Counted from the stretch's first letter, positions 25,614 through 35,873 are shown. The stretch is DNA of 64,000 nucleotides from Candidatus Omnitrophota bacterium (GCA_018830005.1 JAHJTE010000001.1:449332-513331), one strand, 5' to 3'. Notes: generated by a model not told the origin, from the letters alone. Made by a program: numbers and translations.

Positions 25614-26834
25614 ATGAGAAATAGATATTTAATCTCGACAATAGACGAAATCTGTTTTCCAATGCACAAAATGGCTTTTGTTTCTGGGCCGCGCCAATGT
25701 GGGAAGACAACATTGGCAAAAATAATGCTCAAGAAGCGTGGAAAGGGCATCTACAACAATTGGGATGATGTAGAGTTTAGAAGAATATGGACAAAGAATC
25801 CTTCAAGCATAATACCCAAAAAGAGTAAGCATGCTCCTATTGTCATTTTTGACGAGATTCATAAAGCAAAGTTGTGGAAAAGAACCCTGAAGGGGATTTA
25901 TGATACCTTAGAACAACCATTAGATATAATCGTTACGGGTAGTGCACGACTGAATGTTTATAAGAAAGGAAGTGATAGTCTTTTAGGGAGATATTATCAT
26001 TTTCGTTTGCATCCTTTTTCGCTTGCAGAAATTGAAAAGAATCCTGTTATTAATCCGGATAATTTTCTCGACCAGGTGTTTTCAAAATCATTAAATTCAA
26101 AAAAGACAACCCAGAAAAATTTAGATGCTTTGATGCGGTTTGGAGGATTTCCGGAGCCATTCTTGGCACAAAATGAACGTCATGCCAGACTGTGGCAAAA
26201 AGGAAGAGTTGAGAAAGTTATAAGAGAAGATTTGAGAGATTTAAGCAGGATTCCAGAATTAAGTCAGATTGAAATGCTTACATCTTTAATACCGGAGAAA
26301 GTGGGTTCTTTTTTAAGTAGGGCTACATTGCGAGAAACTCTTGAAGTTAGTTTCGATACTATTCGAAGGTGGTTGACTTATCTTAAAGAGCTGTATTATA
26401 TATTTGAGCTAAAACCCTATCAAAAATCCATATCCAGAACATTAAAAAAAGAAGGAAAACTTTATCTGTGGGACTATAGTGAGGTTAAGGATATATCTGC
26501 AAGATTTGAGAACATGGTAGCGAGTCACTTGCTAAAGTTTTGTCATTTCTGGACAGATAATGGGACCGGTAATTATGAATTATTTAGTCTTCGTAGCAAA
26601 GATAAGGCAGAAATAGATTTTCTAATATGCAAGGATAATAAGCCCTGGCTGCCCATTGAGGCAAAGCTGAATGATGCGAATCTCTCTGGTAATTGGAAAA
26701 AGTTTATTAATCAGATACCTTGCAATAAAGGGATTCAAATAGTCCATAAGGCAAATTACAGGAAACTTCATAAGTATGGGGAAAAGCAAATTTTGGTTGC
26801 CAGCGCTTCTGATATACTATCCTATTTTGTGTAG
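25614..26834 (+). CDS. AAA-family ATPase with C-terminal DUF4143-like domain
   Basis: Walker A GPRQCGKTT and Walker B VIFDEIH. It has its own TTGACA...TATACT promoter upstream (25580-25610). Confidence 0.8.
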   Translation: MRNRYLISTIDEICFPMHKMAFVSGPRQCGKTTLAKIMLKKRGKGIYNNWDDVEFRRIWTKNPSSIIPKKSKHAPIVIFDEIHKAKLWKRTLKGIYDTLEQPLDIIVTGSARLNVYKKGSDSLLGRYYHFRLHPFSLAEIEKNPVINPDNFLDQVFSKSLNSKKTTQKNLDALMRFGGFPEPFLAQNERHARLWQKGRVEKVIREDLRDLSRIPELSQIEMLTSLIPEKVGSFLSRATLRETLEVSFDTIRRWLTYLKELYYIFELKPYQKSISRTLKKEGKLYLWDYSEVKDISARFENMVASHLLKFCHFWTDNGTGNYELFSLRSKDKAEIDFLICKDNKPWLPIEAKLNDANLSGNWKKFINQIPCNKGIQIVHKANYRKLHKYGEKQILVASASDILSYFV

Positions 26835-26920
26835 GCAGTTATCAGGCAGGTTCTAACTTCGTCTAATCAGCGACCCCAAGTTATTATTTAGACTTAATAA
26901 AAATTTGTAAAGGCATTAAT

Positions 26921-27949
26921 ATGTACCGTGTTAAGAATATTCTTATAGTTCGTACCGATCGTATGGGTGATGTGATTCTAACCATACCTGCTATCCGCGC
27001 GTTAGATCAGACATTTCCTTTAGCAAGGATTTCGTTGTGGGTAGATCAATCGACAAAGGATCTTGTAGAGGGCTTGCCTTTCATTGACGAGGTAATTATT
27101 GAAGATAGGGCTGGTGGCTGGTGGAGTTATTTTCGGCACGTCGCTGCCTTAAGAAGGAAGAAATTTGATCTCGCTATTATCTATCACACAAAAAAACGTA
27201 ATAATATGGCATGTTTCTTGGCCGGCATTCCCCATAGACTTGGATATAAGAATAATAAATTTGGTTTTCTTTTAACCCAGCCCATTGTTGATGATCGTCA
27301 TTTAGGAACGAAGCACGAAGCTGAATATTGTCTGGATCTATTGAAAGCTATTGGCGTAAAAGGTGGGGACTTAGAGCTTCAATTGGCTCTGCATGAAGAC
27401 GCTGAGGTCTGGGCAGAACGGTTTTTTATAGATCATAAACTTGTTGGTAGCCCTGTTATTGCCTTTCATCCTAGCGCAAGTTGTCCTACCAGGTTTTGGC
27501 CGATAGATTTTTACGCGGATTTGGCATCCCGGATTATTAGACAATATAAGGCGTCGATCATTATTGTTGGCGGAAAAACTGCGCAACCAGCAGCCGGTAA
27601 GATAATGGCACATGCTGGGTGCAGGGTGATTGATCTGACAGGGCAGACTTCGCTCTCACAGCTTACGAGTATTTTAAAGAGGTGTCGGATGCTTATTTCG
27701 AATGATTCTGGACCTGTTCATATGGGAGCAGCAGTGGGAATTCCTGTTATTTCTCTTTTTTTACGTTCGCAGCCAGGGATTAATCCTCAGCGCTGGCGCC
27801 CATTGGGTCAAAACAGCATACTTCTTCAGAACAAAAAAGGGGAAGAAATCCTTCTTGATCCCACCTGTAAAGTTGTAAGTGGTAGGTTTGATTCAATTAG
27901 CACCGAAGAAGTCTTCTCAAAAGTTGAAGAAGTCTTCTTAAAATGTTAG
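26921..27949 (+). CDS. glycosyltransferase family 9 (ADP-heptose:LPS heptosyltransferase-like)
   Basis: ILIVRTDRMGDVILTIPAIRAL N-terminus and C-terminal GNDSGPVHMGAAVGIPVISLF. Confidence 0.85.
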   Translation: MYRVKNILIVRTDRMGDVILTIPAIRALDQTFPLARISLWVDQSTKDLVEGLPFIDEVIIEDRAGGWWSYFRHVAALRRKKFDLAIIYHTKKRNNMACFLAGIPHRLGYKNNKFGFLLTQPIVDDRHLGTKHEAEYCLDLLKAIGVKGGDLELQLALHEDAEVWAERFFIDHKLVGSPVIAFHPSASCPTRFWPIDFYADLASRIIRQYKASIIIVGGKTAQPAAGKIMAHAGCRVIDLTGQTSLSQLTSILKRCRMLISNDSGPVHMGAAVGIPVISLFLRSQPGINPQRWRPLGQNSILLQNKKGEEILLDPTCKVVSGRFDSISTEEVFSKVEEVFLKC

Positions 27950-28488
27950 TCTTCTATCCTTATAGTCTTCGGAATGTTCGCTTTTTGTATAGAGGATAGC
28001 CTGCTATTTTTTCTTTATAACCAGTTGAGCGAATTTTGTTTCTGAAGATGTTGGGAAAAGATATAATTGCTTTTATGAATAAGGAGAGGAATTTCCTCGC
28101 GAAACGTTAGAAGGACCCCATTTACCGATTTTATGATATAATTTTAGCCAGATGAAAATTAAGGGTGTCGTCATGCGGGATGGGCCAAGATAAAAGGAGA
28201 TACGTTGGCAAGAGATAATTATTCATATAAAAAGTATCAGAAAGAATTGGCCAGGAAAAAGAAGGCAGAGGAAAAGAAACAAAGAAAACTGGATAAAAAA
28301 GCGATGGAGGCCACGCCTGAGTCTGGACAGGTTCCCAATGACCAGGTCGCCTTAGAATAAAGAAATACTTGTAATCTTTTTTAAAAGTCCTATAATCATA
28401 ACTCAAGGCTAAATCTTTAGCAGAAATAAAAGACACCCCGCGCTTATTGGAATTGCGCGGGCGTTGTCCTTGTAGACAAGGAGGAAAC

Positions 28489-28650
28489 ATGGGATATCAT
28501 GGTGGTGGTGGATTCGGCGGGCCACGGGAGATGCACAAGGCTGTTTGCTCGGAGTGTAAGAAAGAGTGCGAAGTCCCGTTTAAACCCAGAGATAATCGTC
28601 CGATATACTGCAAGGATTGTTATTCAAAGCGCAAGAATGAAGGTCGTTAA
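28489..28650 (+). CDS. small CxxC-x17-CxxC zinc-ribbon protein
   Basis: RBS caaggagg. Sequence MGYHGGGGFGGPREMHKAVCSECKKECEVPFKPRDNRPIYCKDCY. Confidence 0.5.
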   Translation: MGYHGGGGFGGPREMHKAVCSECKKECEVPFKPRDNRPIYCKDCYSKRKNEGR

Positions 28651-28920
28651 AAGAAGATATTTTGTTAGTCTCTTGTTTCTAGTAGATCCGCAAAGGTAAT
28701 GTTTTAAATCATTTTGTGGCGGTTCTTGCAATAATTTTAGACTTATTTCTCTTACAATTAATGCCTCTAGAAATCAGCGAGGAATTCCTTCTCTGGTGCT
28801 CAAAACTCCTAGATATAGTAGGATATTATGTCTAAAATACAACCAGGCAAACAAGAGAGTTTTTCCCTCGGCCCATACGAAAGGGGCCCTTAAGATATTT
28901 GGAATTACTAAAGGACGAAA

Positions 28921-29184
28921 ATGGATAAGGATAAACTAAAAGAGCTCCTTCATCCCCTATTTAACAAGATAAGCAATATCTGCCTTGCTGCTGGTTCAAA
29001 CAGGGAAATTTTGAAACAGGAAGGCTTGTATAAACTTTCTGATGAAGATTTAGAAGAGAGAATTTCCCATATTATTGATGTGTTAGGCAGTATTGAAGAG
29101 AATGCTAAATCTTTAAATAAGGCTCTAGGAGAGCTTTATGAGTTGTTAGCCAAAGAAGCAACTTTCCAGCCGCCAGAGCCATAA
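28921..29184 (+). CDS. hypothetical protein
   Basis: 87-aa acidic helical ORF. Confidence 0.4.
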   Translation: MDKDKLKELLHPLFNKISNICLAAGSNREILKQEGLYKLSDEDLEERISHIIDVLGSIEENAKSLNKALGELYELLAKEATFQPPEP

Positions 29185-29437
29185 GAATAGACCGCCACAT
29201 TTAACTTAACCTCTTATTTTACAATAGATTATGTAATTCGCTTTGTAAAATACCTATTCTTGTGTTATACTTATAAGTGGATAAGACTATAAAGTCAGTA
29301 AGACGAGAAAGGCAAACCATTTGAAAGAATGGGGCGGGCCGAGTGCCCGGTCCTAAAAGGACCGCAAAACTTCAAGAGCCTAAATCCTTGAAAGTGAGGA
29401 TATGGTAGTCAGTTGCCGAAACAGAACGAAGAAGTTT

Positions 29438-29471
29438 AAGCCTATTCTTTCAAAAGAATAGGCTTTTTTAT
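29438..29471 (+). terminator. rho-independent terminator (possibly the 3' end of a small RNA)
   Basis: aagcctattctt-tcaaa-agaataggctt followed by TTTTTAT. Confidence 0.65.
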
Positions 29472-29485
29472 TGGGGGTGGCAACA

Positions 29486-29860
29486 ATGAATCACAAGATT
29501 TTAGTAGTAGATGATGAGTCTGATGTACGCGAGGTAATTAGCCAATATTTTGATAGGAGAGGCTATGATGTAGATACTGCAAGCAATGGACAGGAGGCCC
29601 TGTCTAGAATATTGGTTGAGAGACCAGAATTAATATTGTTAGACATTAGGATGCCTGAAATGGATGGGATTGAGTGTCTGCGTAGAATAAAGAAACTTGA
29701 TAAAGAAATGACGGTTATTATGGTTACCTGCGTGGATGAAATAGATACAGCTAAGAAAGCGCTTAGATTAGGTGCTACAGACTACATAACGAAACCCCTT
29801 GGCTTTAGTGCCTTAGAGACAGCTATTTCAACGTACCTTTTCCTTAAGAGCGTTAATTAA
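29486..29860 (+). CDS. single-domain response regulator (CheY-like receiver)
   Basis: ILVVDDESDVREVI...LILLDIRMPEMDGIE...DYITKP. Probable ATG start at 29486 after RBS gggggtgg. Confidence 0.85.
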   Translation: MNHKILVVDDESDVREVISQYFDRRGYDVDTASNGQEALSRILVERPELILLDIRMPEMDGIECLRRIKKLDKEMTVIMVTCVDEIDTAKKALRLGATDYITKPLGFSALETAISTYLFLKSVN

Positions 29861-31024
29861 ATGAATAGGTGGCCCAAAATGGTAAAAGTACTGGTAGTAG
29901 ATGATGAATTGGATTTCTGTAATTCCCTGGAGGAAGTTCTTTCTAGAGAAGGCTATCGGGTAATAATCGCCACTTCAGGAAGAGAGGCCTTAGAAAAGGT
30001 AAAAACAGAAAGGCCGCAACTGATCCTGCTGGACATTAGGATGCCTGAAATGGATGGGATTCAGACTTTAGAGAGGATAAGGCAGATTGATAAACAGGTA
30101 GTTATTACAATGGTCACAATAGTAAAAGATACCAAAGTTGAACAGCGGACTTTAAAGTTAGGAGCAGTTAATTATATTACCAAGCCAATCGATTTAGACT
30201 TACTCAAAAGAAGCATCCATGGGTGGGCAACAAAGGTAGAGGTCCAACAGCTTGAGGAGGTTGATATTATAGCTTTGGATTACGATGAAAAAAAATTTAG
30301 GACAATCTTAGATCAATTTAGGAAAAAGGGCTATAATATAAAGAGTATTGAAAATAAAAGCAGTGAACTTGATTTAGCAGAGGGTCCTTTTGACCTTTTA
30401 ATTCTTAGGGCAGATTTATTAGGCGAGGATACAATACGGGTGCTGGCAAAATATAAACAAGCATATCCGGGACTACCTGTTATGATAGCAGTAGAGCCAG
30501 AATCAGTAAAGGAATTAATAGATAGAATTAAAAGATATGGCTCCTGTAAATATTTACCACCCTCCTTTGATGCAAACGGCCTTATTATGGTAATATATAG
30601 GATGGTATCCAAGGCTAAAGAAAAAAAGGAGATTAGAGAAGAAAAAAAGCCCAGCGATTACATTCTTATAGTGGATGATGAACCTGACGTATGTGAATAT
30701 ACGGGTAAGTTTCTAGCTAACGAAGGATATAAGGTGTCTTCAGTAACTGATTCCAAGGCTGTGTTAGAGCAGGTTGAAGCATTAAAGCCCTTTATCGTAC
30801 TTCTAGATATTGTTATGCCAGATGTAGATGGTCTTGAACTCTTAAAAAAGATAAAGAAAATTAGTCCACAGACTCAGGTTATAATTATAACAGGCCTAAA
30901 AGATGAATCTGTTTGCAGAGAATCTATAGAGTTAGGTGCTTGTGATTATATAGTGAAGCCATTTTCCCTGGATCAACTCAAAGTCACAGTACTAATCAAC
31001 AGCATCAAATCACATCTAAACTAG
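29861..31024 (+). CDS. multi-receiver response regulator (REC - central domain - REC)
   Basis: Two canonical REC domains (VLVVDDELD...LILLDIRMPEMDGIQ and ILIVDDEPD...VLLDIVMPDVDGLE) with no output domain. Confidence 0.8.
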   Translation: MNRWPKMVKVLVVDDELDFCNSLEEVLSREGYRVIIATSGREALEKVKTERPQLILLDIRMPEMDGIQTLERIRQIDKQVVITMVTIVKDTKVEQRTLKLGAVNYITKPIDLDLLKRSIHGWATKVEVQQLEEVDIIALDYDEKKFRTILDQFRKKGYNIKSIENKSSELDLAEGPFDLLILRADLLGEDTIRVLAKYKQAYPGLPVMIAVEPESVKELIDRIKRYGSCKYLPPSFDANGLIMVIYRMVSKAKEKKEIREEKKPSDYILIVDDEPDVCEYTGKFLANEGYKVSSVTDSKAVLEQVEALKPFIVLLDIVMPDVDGLELLKKIKKISPQTQVIIITGLKDESVCRESIELGACDYIVKPFSLDQLKVTVLINSIKSHLN

Positions 31025-31026
31025 AA

Positions 31027-31998
31027 ATGTACCAAAGGACCAGGATAATCCTTGATTGGACAATTGCAATATCTGTTTATTCCCTCTTATTATTAATCAT
31101 ACCTTTTTCTAACAAACTTCTTGTTAGTCTAAATGCAGATACAGTTGATGTTATTTTAAATATGATAATAAACTTATTAATCGCAGCAGTATTTATCTGT
31201 TTATTAATTTATTTAATCGCAAGAGGTAAAGAATCTGCCGCCTCTTCATATATATGGCTGGGAGTTTTTTTCATCGTAAGCATGTTCTTTTTAATGAATG
31301 TAAAAGTCACTACAGATAGATTACATTTCTTAGGATATGGTATATTGAGTTTATTTGTTTATCGGGCCCTAAGACATAATATTGGTACACAAATTCTCTA
31401 CGGATGGTCGAGTCTTTTTATAATGTTTTTTGCTGTTTTGGATGAGATGCTTCAGATATCTGGTTTAGGTGGACGTGGCTTCGAGATCAAGGATGTTGGT
31501 ATAGATTGGCTAAGTGGTCTAACAGGACAATTTTTAATCGCTCTGGTCGTTAGGCCAAAATTGGAGGCAGTAAATATAAAGATACGTAGATATGTTGAGG
31601 AGTTGAAAAAGATAAAGACTTATAAGGATGCACGCATGCCAAAAGCCCAAAGATGCAATCTCAAAAAAATCGCAAAGCAGATTTGTTTTGCTTTTAAAAG
31701 AAATACAGGTCATAATGGCGGTCATGTGCACTTCAAGTATAAAGGAAAACAGGATCATTTAGTTTTGATTTGTCACAATCGGAAATTAGAGCAGATTGTT
31801 GTCAAGAATAAGAATTGTAAAAAAGGAGAATATGTTGAATGGAATCAATCTGAATTTTCTGATCTTTTACCCAAGATAGCCTTTTTAAAATTGCTCCCTT
31901 CGATAGATAATATCATAATAGACCATACATCCTTCCAGAAGAGTTGGCCTTGTTTTGATGAATTTCAAAGCTGGCTGAATACCATCCCTGCTTGTTGA
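31027..31998 (+). CDS. integral membrane protein (VanZ-like N-terminal region)
   Basis: Several transmembrane helices, with GYGILSLFVYRAL resembling VanZ. Confidence 0.5.
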   Translation: MYQRTRIILDWTIAISVYSLLLLIIPFSNKLLVSLNADTVDVILNMIINLLIAAVFICLLIYLIARGKESAASSYIWLGVFFIVSMFFLMNVKVTTDRLHFLGYGILSLFVYRALRHNIGTQILYGWSSLFIMFFAVLDEMLQISGLGGRGFEIKDVGIDWLSGLTGQFLIALVVRPKLEAVNIKIRRYVEELKKIKTYKDARMPKAQRCNLKKIAKQICFAFKRNTGHNGGHVHFKYKGKQDHLVLICHNRKLEQIVVKNKNCKKGEYVEWNQSEFSDLLPKIAFLKLLPSIDNIIIDHTSFQKSWPCFDEFQSWLNTIPAC

Positions 31999-32165
31999 TT
32001 TTACATTCCGCGTATATAGATGAATGTCTTTTGAGTATAAATTGTGCCTTACGTAATCTCCAAGGGTTACATAGGACTAGTCCTGCAAAATTCTTTGAAT
32101 TTTGTAGGGATTTTTATAGGGAGATAATTTTGTAGCATTCGCAGGATTTCACTATATTTTTATAT

Positions 32166-32300
32166 TTTGGTGCTCAAAATTTGGCGAGGAAAATGACCTC
32201 TTTAGAACACCGAATTTTCTTGATAATTGGTATATTCTCGATATAATAAAGTCTTGTAGATAAAGATAGGAGTTCTCTCGTGATATTTGAGGGAGACCCC
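32166..32300 (+). repeat. intergenic repeat-family copy G
   Basis: It contains gctcaaaatttggcGAGGaaaatgaCCTCtt, a promoter (TTGATA 32220-32225, TATAAT 32242-32247) and the leader ggagttctctcgtgatatttgagggagacccc. Confidence 0.65.
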
Positions 32301-32330
32301 AGCTTTTTTTGCAGCATTAAAATAAAAGTA

Positions 32331-32768
32331 ATGAAAAATAAAATTTTTATAACGACAGTTATTATTTTATTGTATTCCTTTATTTGTTATGGACAGGGTG
32401 GCCTTTATTCAATAGTTGACCCGGAAGGAAAGAATAACCACGTAAAAATTGAATGGCATAGAATTGAACAAATAATCAATTCCGAGATAAAGGATATCAC
32501 AATTATTGAATTTAATGGTGGGTGGAAAGATGTCCAAGAAGCAAAAAAACAACTTCTAGAGAAATTGAATGATAAAGAAGTAAAAGTATCCTCTGTGCCT
32601 TTGTGGAACATGGACATCGCCGTAGAATTGGTTGGTATTATTGAATTTCAAGAGGGTTCACAAGGTAAGATTGCTGTGGCTCAATATAGAGTTGGTTTCC
32701 AAGATAACACTGGTAAACCATGGTATTTTCAATGGGATGAGAGAATGCCATTTAAACCAACAAGTTAG
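32331..32768 (+). CDS. hypothetical secreted protein
   Basis: Start at MKNKIFITTVIILLYSFICYG (signal peptide). The longer ORF beginning at 32280 starts inside the repeat leader. Confidence 0.5.
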   Translation: MKNKIFITTVIILLYSFICYGQGGLYSIVDPEGKNNHVKIEWHRIEQIINSEIKDITIIEFNGGWKDVQEAKKQLLEKLNDKEVKVSSVPLWNMDIAVELVGIIEFQEGSQGKIAVAQYRVGFQDNTGKPWYFQWDERMPFKPTS

Positions 32769-32858
32769 AAACAAAAAAAGTAGTTTCCCGTTACCCACCT
32801 CAGTTAAATTTTAATGTAGGATTTAACAAGATAGACCAGTTCTTTTTTTAAATGAGAA

Positions 32859-34640
32859 GTGAGAGAAAAATTAATTTATTGTTATAATAAGATCTCCAAG
32901 AATCCTCTAACTATAATTTGTGCAGTCCTTATTGGCTACCTAGTCCTAACCGTATTTTTTACTTACCCCTTAATTAATAATTTCACTACTGGTTTCTATA
33001 GCGATGGCGGTGATGGTCCATTATTTCTCTGGAACCTTTGGTGGGTAAAATTTGCCCTTCTTGACCTTAAGACCAATCCTTTCCATACAGATTATATCTT
33101 TTACCCGAACAGCATAAATCTGACCTTGCATGAATTGACCTTCTTAAACGGACTTATTTCTATACCGTTTCAGTTACTTTTTGATGTTCTTGTTGCTAAT
33201 AATATTCTGACTGTCCTATCCTTTGTCCTCTCTGGTTTCGGAACATACCTGTTAATCAATTATTTGGTTAAAAACAGGCTGGCAGCCTTTATCGGGGGTT
33301 TCATCTTTGCCTTTTGTCCTTATAGGTTTGCACATCTTTTAGGCCATTACGATTTAATAACGACTCAATGGATTCCCTTTTATGTCCTTTTTTTGATCCG
33401 CATGACCAAGGAAAAAGGTAAGCTATTTAATGCGATTCTAGCTGGTATCTTTTTATTATTCAATGTCTTCTCAGCTTATTATTATCTCTTTTATTTGATA
33501 ATTTTTACGTTTCTTTACCTTGGATATGTATTGATATCGGATAAGAAGTTAATTTTAAATCGCCTCTTTCTTAAAAAGATCTTAACATTTTTTCTTACCT
33601 TCTTCATAATCTTTTTGCCTCTTTTGATAGCTATCTTCAGATACGTGTCTTTAGAATCTAGACTTCTAGACTTAACACATTCGCAATTTGCAGAAAATTA
33701 TGTAGCAGATTTGGCTGGTTTTTTTACGCCCTCGGTATTACATCCGGTTCTTGGTGAATTTGCAGGCCAAATTGCGCAATACTTTAGGGGCAATACAGCA
33801 GAATGCACAGTCTTTATCGGCTTTACGGTTATTATTTTGACAACGCTGGCAATAATTAAATTCTATAATAAGAAGAAGGATGCGAAATTTTGGTCATTTT
33901 CTCTTATTGTTTTTCTTCTTTTGTCGCTAGGCTTATTTCCCCATTTTTTAGGAAGAAAGATAATGATTCCGTTGCCATTTTTTATTATTTATTTTACTCC
34001 TATTTTAAAGAATGTAAGAATCCCAGCTCGCTTTTTGATAATGGCAATGTTATGTTGTGCAATATTGTCCTCGTTTTCTCTTGTTTTTATTTTTGATAAA
34101 CTAAAAAAAACTTGGAAGAAATCGTTCGCTGCTATTATTATAATAGCATTGATTTCATTTGAATATTTAGCCAGAGTCCCTATAGAAAATATTAAACCGC
34201 CACTTATTTACGAGCAGATTAAAAGAGATAAACAGACAGGCGTTGTTTTAGAAATTCCTCTGGGGTGGCAGGATAGTATTAAGTTACTTGGCGAACAATC
34301 AAGCGTGCGCGCTATGTATTACCAGTCTATACATCAGAAGCCTATATTTGGAGGTTATGTATCGAGATTCCCTTCCAGCGCTGCGTTTTATTACTTACGT
34401 CAGCCAATTTTCGTAGCTATTCTCGAGTTACAGAGAACAAGGGAAATTCAGCTACCTAAAAATATTTCCCAAGAGCAGAAAAGGGTAGAAGAATTTATAG
34501 ACTCTTTTAATCTAAGATATATTATAATTCATTCGCCTTATTTAAATACACCAGTTCATGAATATATAGAAAATATATTCCCTTTAAATAAAATTTATGA
34601 AGATGCCAAAATAGTTGTCTATAGGATTAAGGATTTATGA
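32859..34640 (+). CDS. large polytopic membrane protein (possibly GT-C-type glycosyltransferase/YfhO-like)
   Basis: 593 aa with at least 12 hydrophobic helices and a soluble C-terminal domain. Confidence 0.65.
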   Translation: MREKLIYCYNKISKNPLTIICAVLIGYLVLTVFFTYPLINNFTTGFYSDGGDGPLFLWNLWWVKFALLDLKTNPFHTDYIFYPNSINLTLHELTFLNGLISIPFQLLFDVLVANNILTVLSFVLSGFGTYLLINYLVKNRLAAFIGGFIFAFCPYRFAHLLGHYDLITTQWIPFYVLFLIRMTKEKGKLFNAILAGIFLLFNVFSAYYYLFYLIIFTFLYLGYVLISDKKLILNRLFLKKILTFFLTFFIIFLPLLIAIFRYVSLESRLLDLTHSQFAENYVADLAGFFTPSVLHPVLGEFAGQIAQYFRGNTAECTVFIGFTVIILTTLAIIKFYNKKKDAKFWSFSLIVFLLLSLGLFPHFLGRKIMIPLPFFIIYFTPILKNVRIPARFLIMAMLCCAILSSFSLVFIFDKLKKTWKKSFAAIIIIALISFEYLARVPIENIKPPLIYEQIKRDKQTGVVLEIPLGWQDSIKLLGEQSSVRAMYYQSIHQKPIFGGYVSRFPSSAAFYYLRQPIFVAILELQRTREIQLPKNISQEQKRVEEFIDSFNLRYIIIHSPYLNTPVHEYIENIFPLNKIYEDAKIVVYRIKDL

Positions 34641-34816
34641 TTAGTTTAAGTAGCGAGATTAAATTAGCAGGAAATTTTTCTTTCAGTATTGCCTCTGAGA
34701 TGCTAAAGTATACTTGTAGCCAAAGAGATTATATCTGCGCTTTATCTTGAAATAGAGATAAGTTAGGCAGTTAATTTTTTGGATAAGGCTTTAGAGGTGG
34801 CTTAAAAGGAGATTGC

Positions 34817-35611
34817 ATGTTAAAAAAGATACTAATAACTCTTGGATTTTTAATGGTGACTGCAGGTTTAGTTTTTGTTTCTTCATGCGCCTTTTGCGAA
34901 AGCCAGGCTAGGCAAGACGTGACAGTAGAATTTCAAGGCCGTTATTGGGTTACGGATTTGGATACAGAGGCTAAAGTGGTTGAGTCTAATGTAGGCGCGA
35001 AGTTTGATTTCAAGACAGACCTTGGCATCGGTGATGAAGATTTTCCAGAAGGACGAATTATCTGGCATATAGGGCCGAATAACAAAATAAGACTTGGCTA
35101 CACCCAGGTAGATTATAGCGGCGATCAGAGTATATCACGTACTATTGAGTTTAAAGGTCAATCTTATACCTCAGGAGCGCAGGTAAAGTCAGATTTAGAT
35201 ATAACCTATTTAAGATTTGGGTGGTTATGGCAATTCGTTGACTTATTTGATGGAGGTATGAAATTTGGCACTATATTGGAGGCAAAAGGTATATTGGCAG
35301 ATGTTTCGCTTGATGCACCGGCTTTGACCATCAAGGAATCAGAGGAGTTCTTTGGCGTATTACCAACAGTCGGCGTTACCTTAGATATTAACCCAGTTAA
35401 AAAAATGAATCTCTTTGCTGAGATCTCTGGTATTTCGGCCGGGGACTATGGTTATTTTTTTGATGCAGAGGCAGGTATAAAGATACTACCGTTTAAGAAT
35501 CTTGACATAGTCGGTGGCTATAGAATGATCGACATCGAGGCAGAAGATGATCCTGATTTCTTCCAGGCTCAGATTTCAGGACCATTTTTGGCTGCGACGT
35601 TAAAATTTTAG
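34817..35611 (+). CDS. putative outer-membrane beta-barrel protein
   Basis: Signal peptide, alternating amphipathic beta-strand pattern, and a C-terminal aromatic residue (…ATLKF). Confidence 0.55.
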   Translation: MLKKILITLGFLMVTAGLVFVSSCAFCESQARQDVTVEFQGRYWVTDLDTEAKVVESNVGAKFDFKTDLGIGDEDFPEGRIIWHIGPNNKIRLGYTQVDYSGDQSISRTIEFKGQSYTSGAQVKSDLDITYLRFGWLWQFVDLFDGGMKFGTILEAKGILADVSLDAPALTIKESEEFFGVLPTVGVTLDINPVKKMNLFAEISGISAGDYGYFFDAEAGIKILPFKNLDIVGGYRMIDIEAEDDPDFFQAQISGPFLAATLKF

Positions 35612-35621
35612 GTTTCTTTAG

Positions 35622-35873
35622 ATGAAAAGTTTTATAATTGGATTAATAGCAGGAAGTTTGTGTACAATCTCTTTTCTTCCGCAAGTAATAAGGATTTTTA
35701 AGACAAAACGCACAAAGGACCTCTCTTTAATTACATTTTCTGTATTTTCTTTAGGCGTATTACTTTGGTTAATCTACGGGATATTGATAGGAGAGTTGCC
35801 GATTATTCTGGCTAATACCGCAACCTTGGCTTTGGCGCTTTTGATTGTGATAATGAAAATTAAGTATAAGTGA
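35622..35873 (+). CDS. SemiSWEET (PQ-loop/MtN3) sugar transporter
   Basis: 83 aa with 3 transmembrane helices and the PQ motif (SFLPQVIRIFKTK). Confidence 0.75.
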   Translation: MKSFIIGLIAGSLCTISFLPQVIRIFKTKRTKDLSLITFSVFSLGVLLWLIYGILIGELPIILANTATLALALLIVIMKIKYK

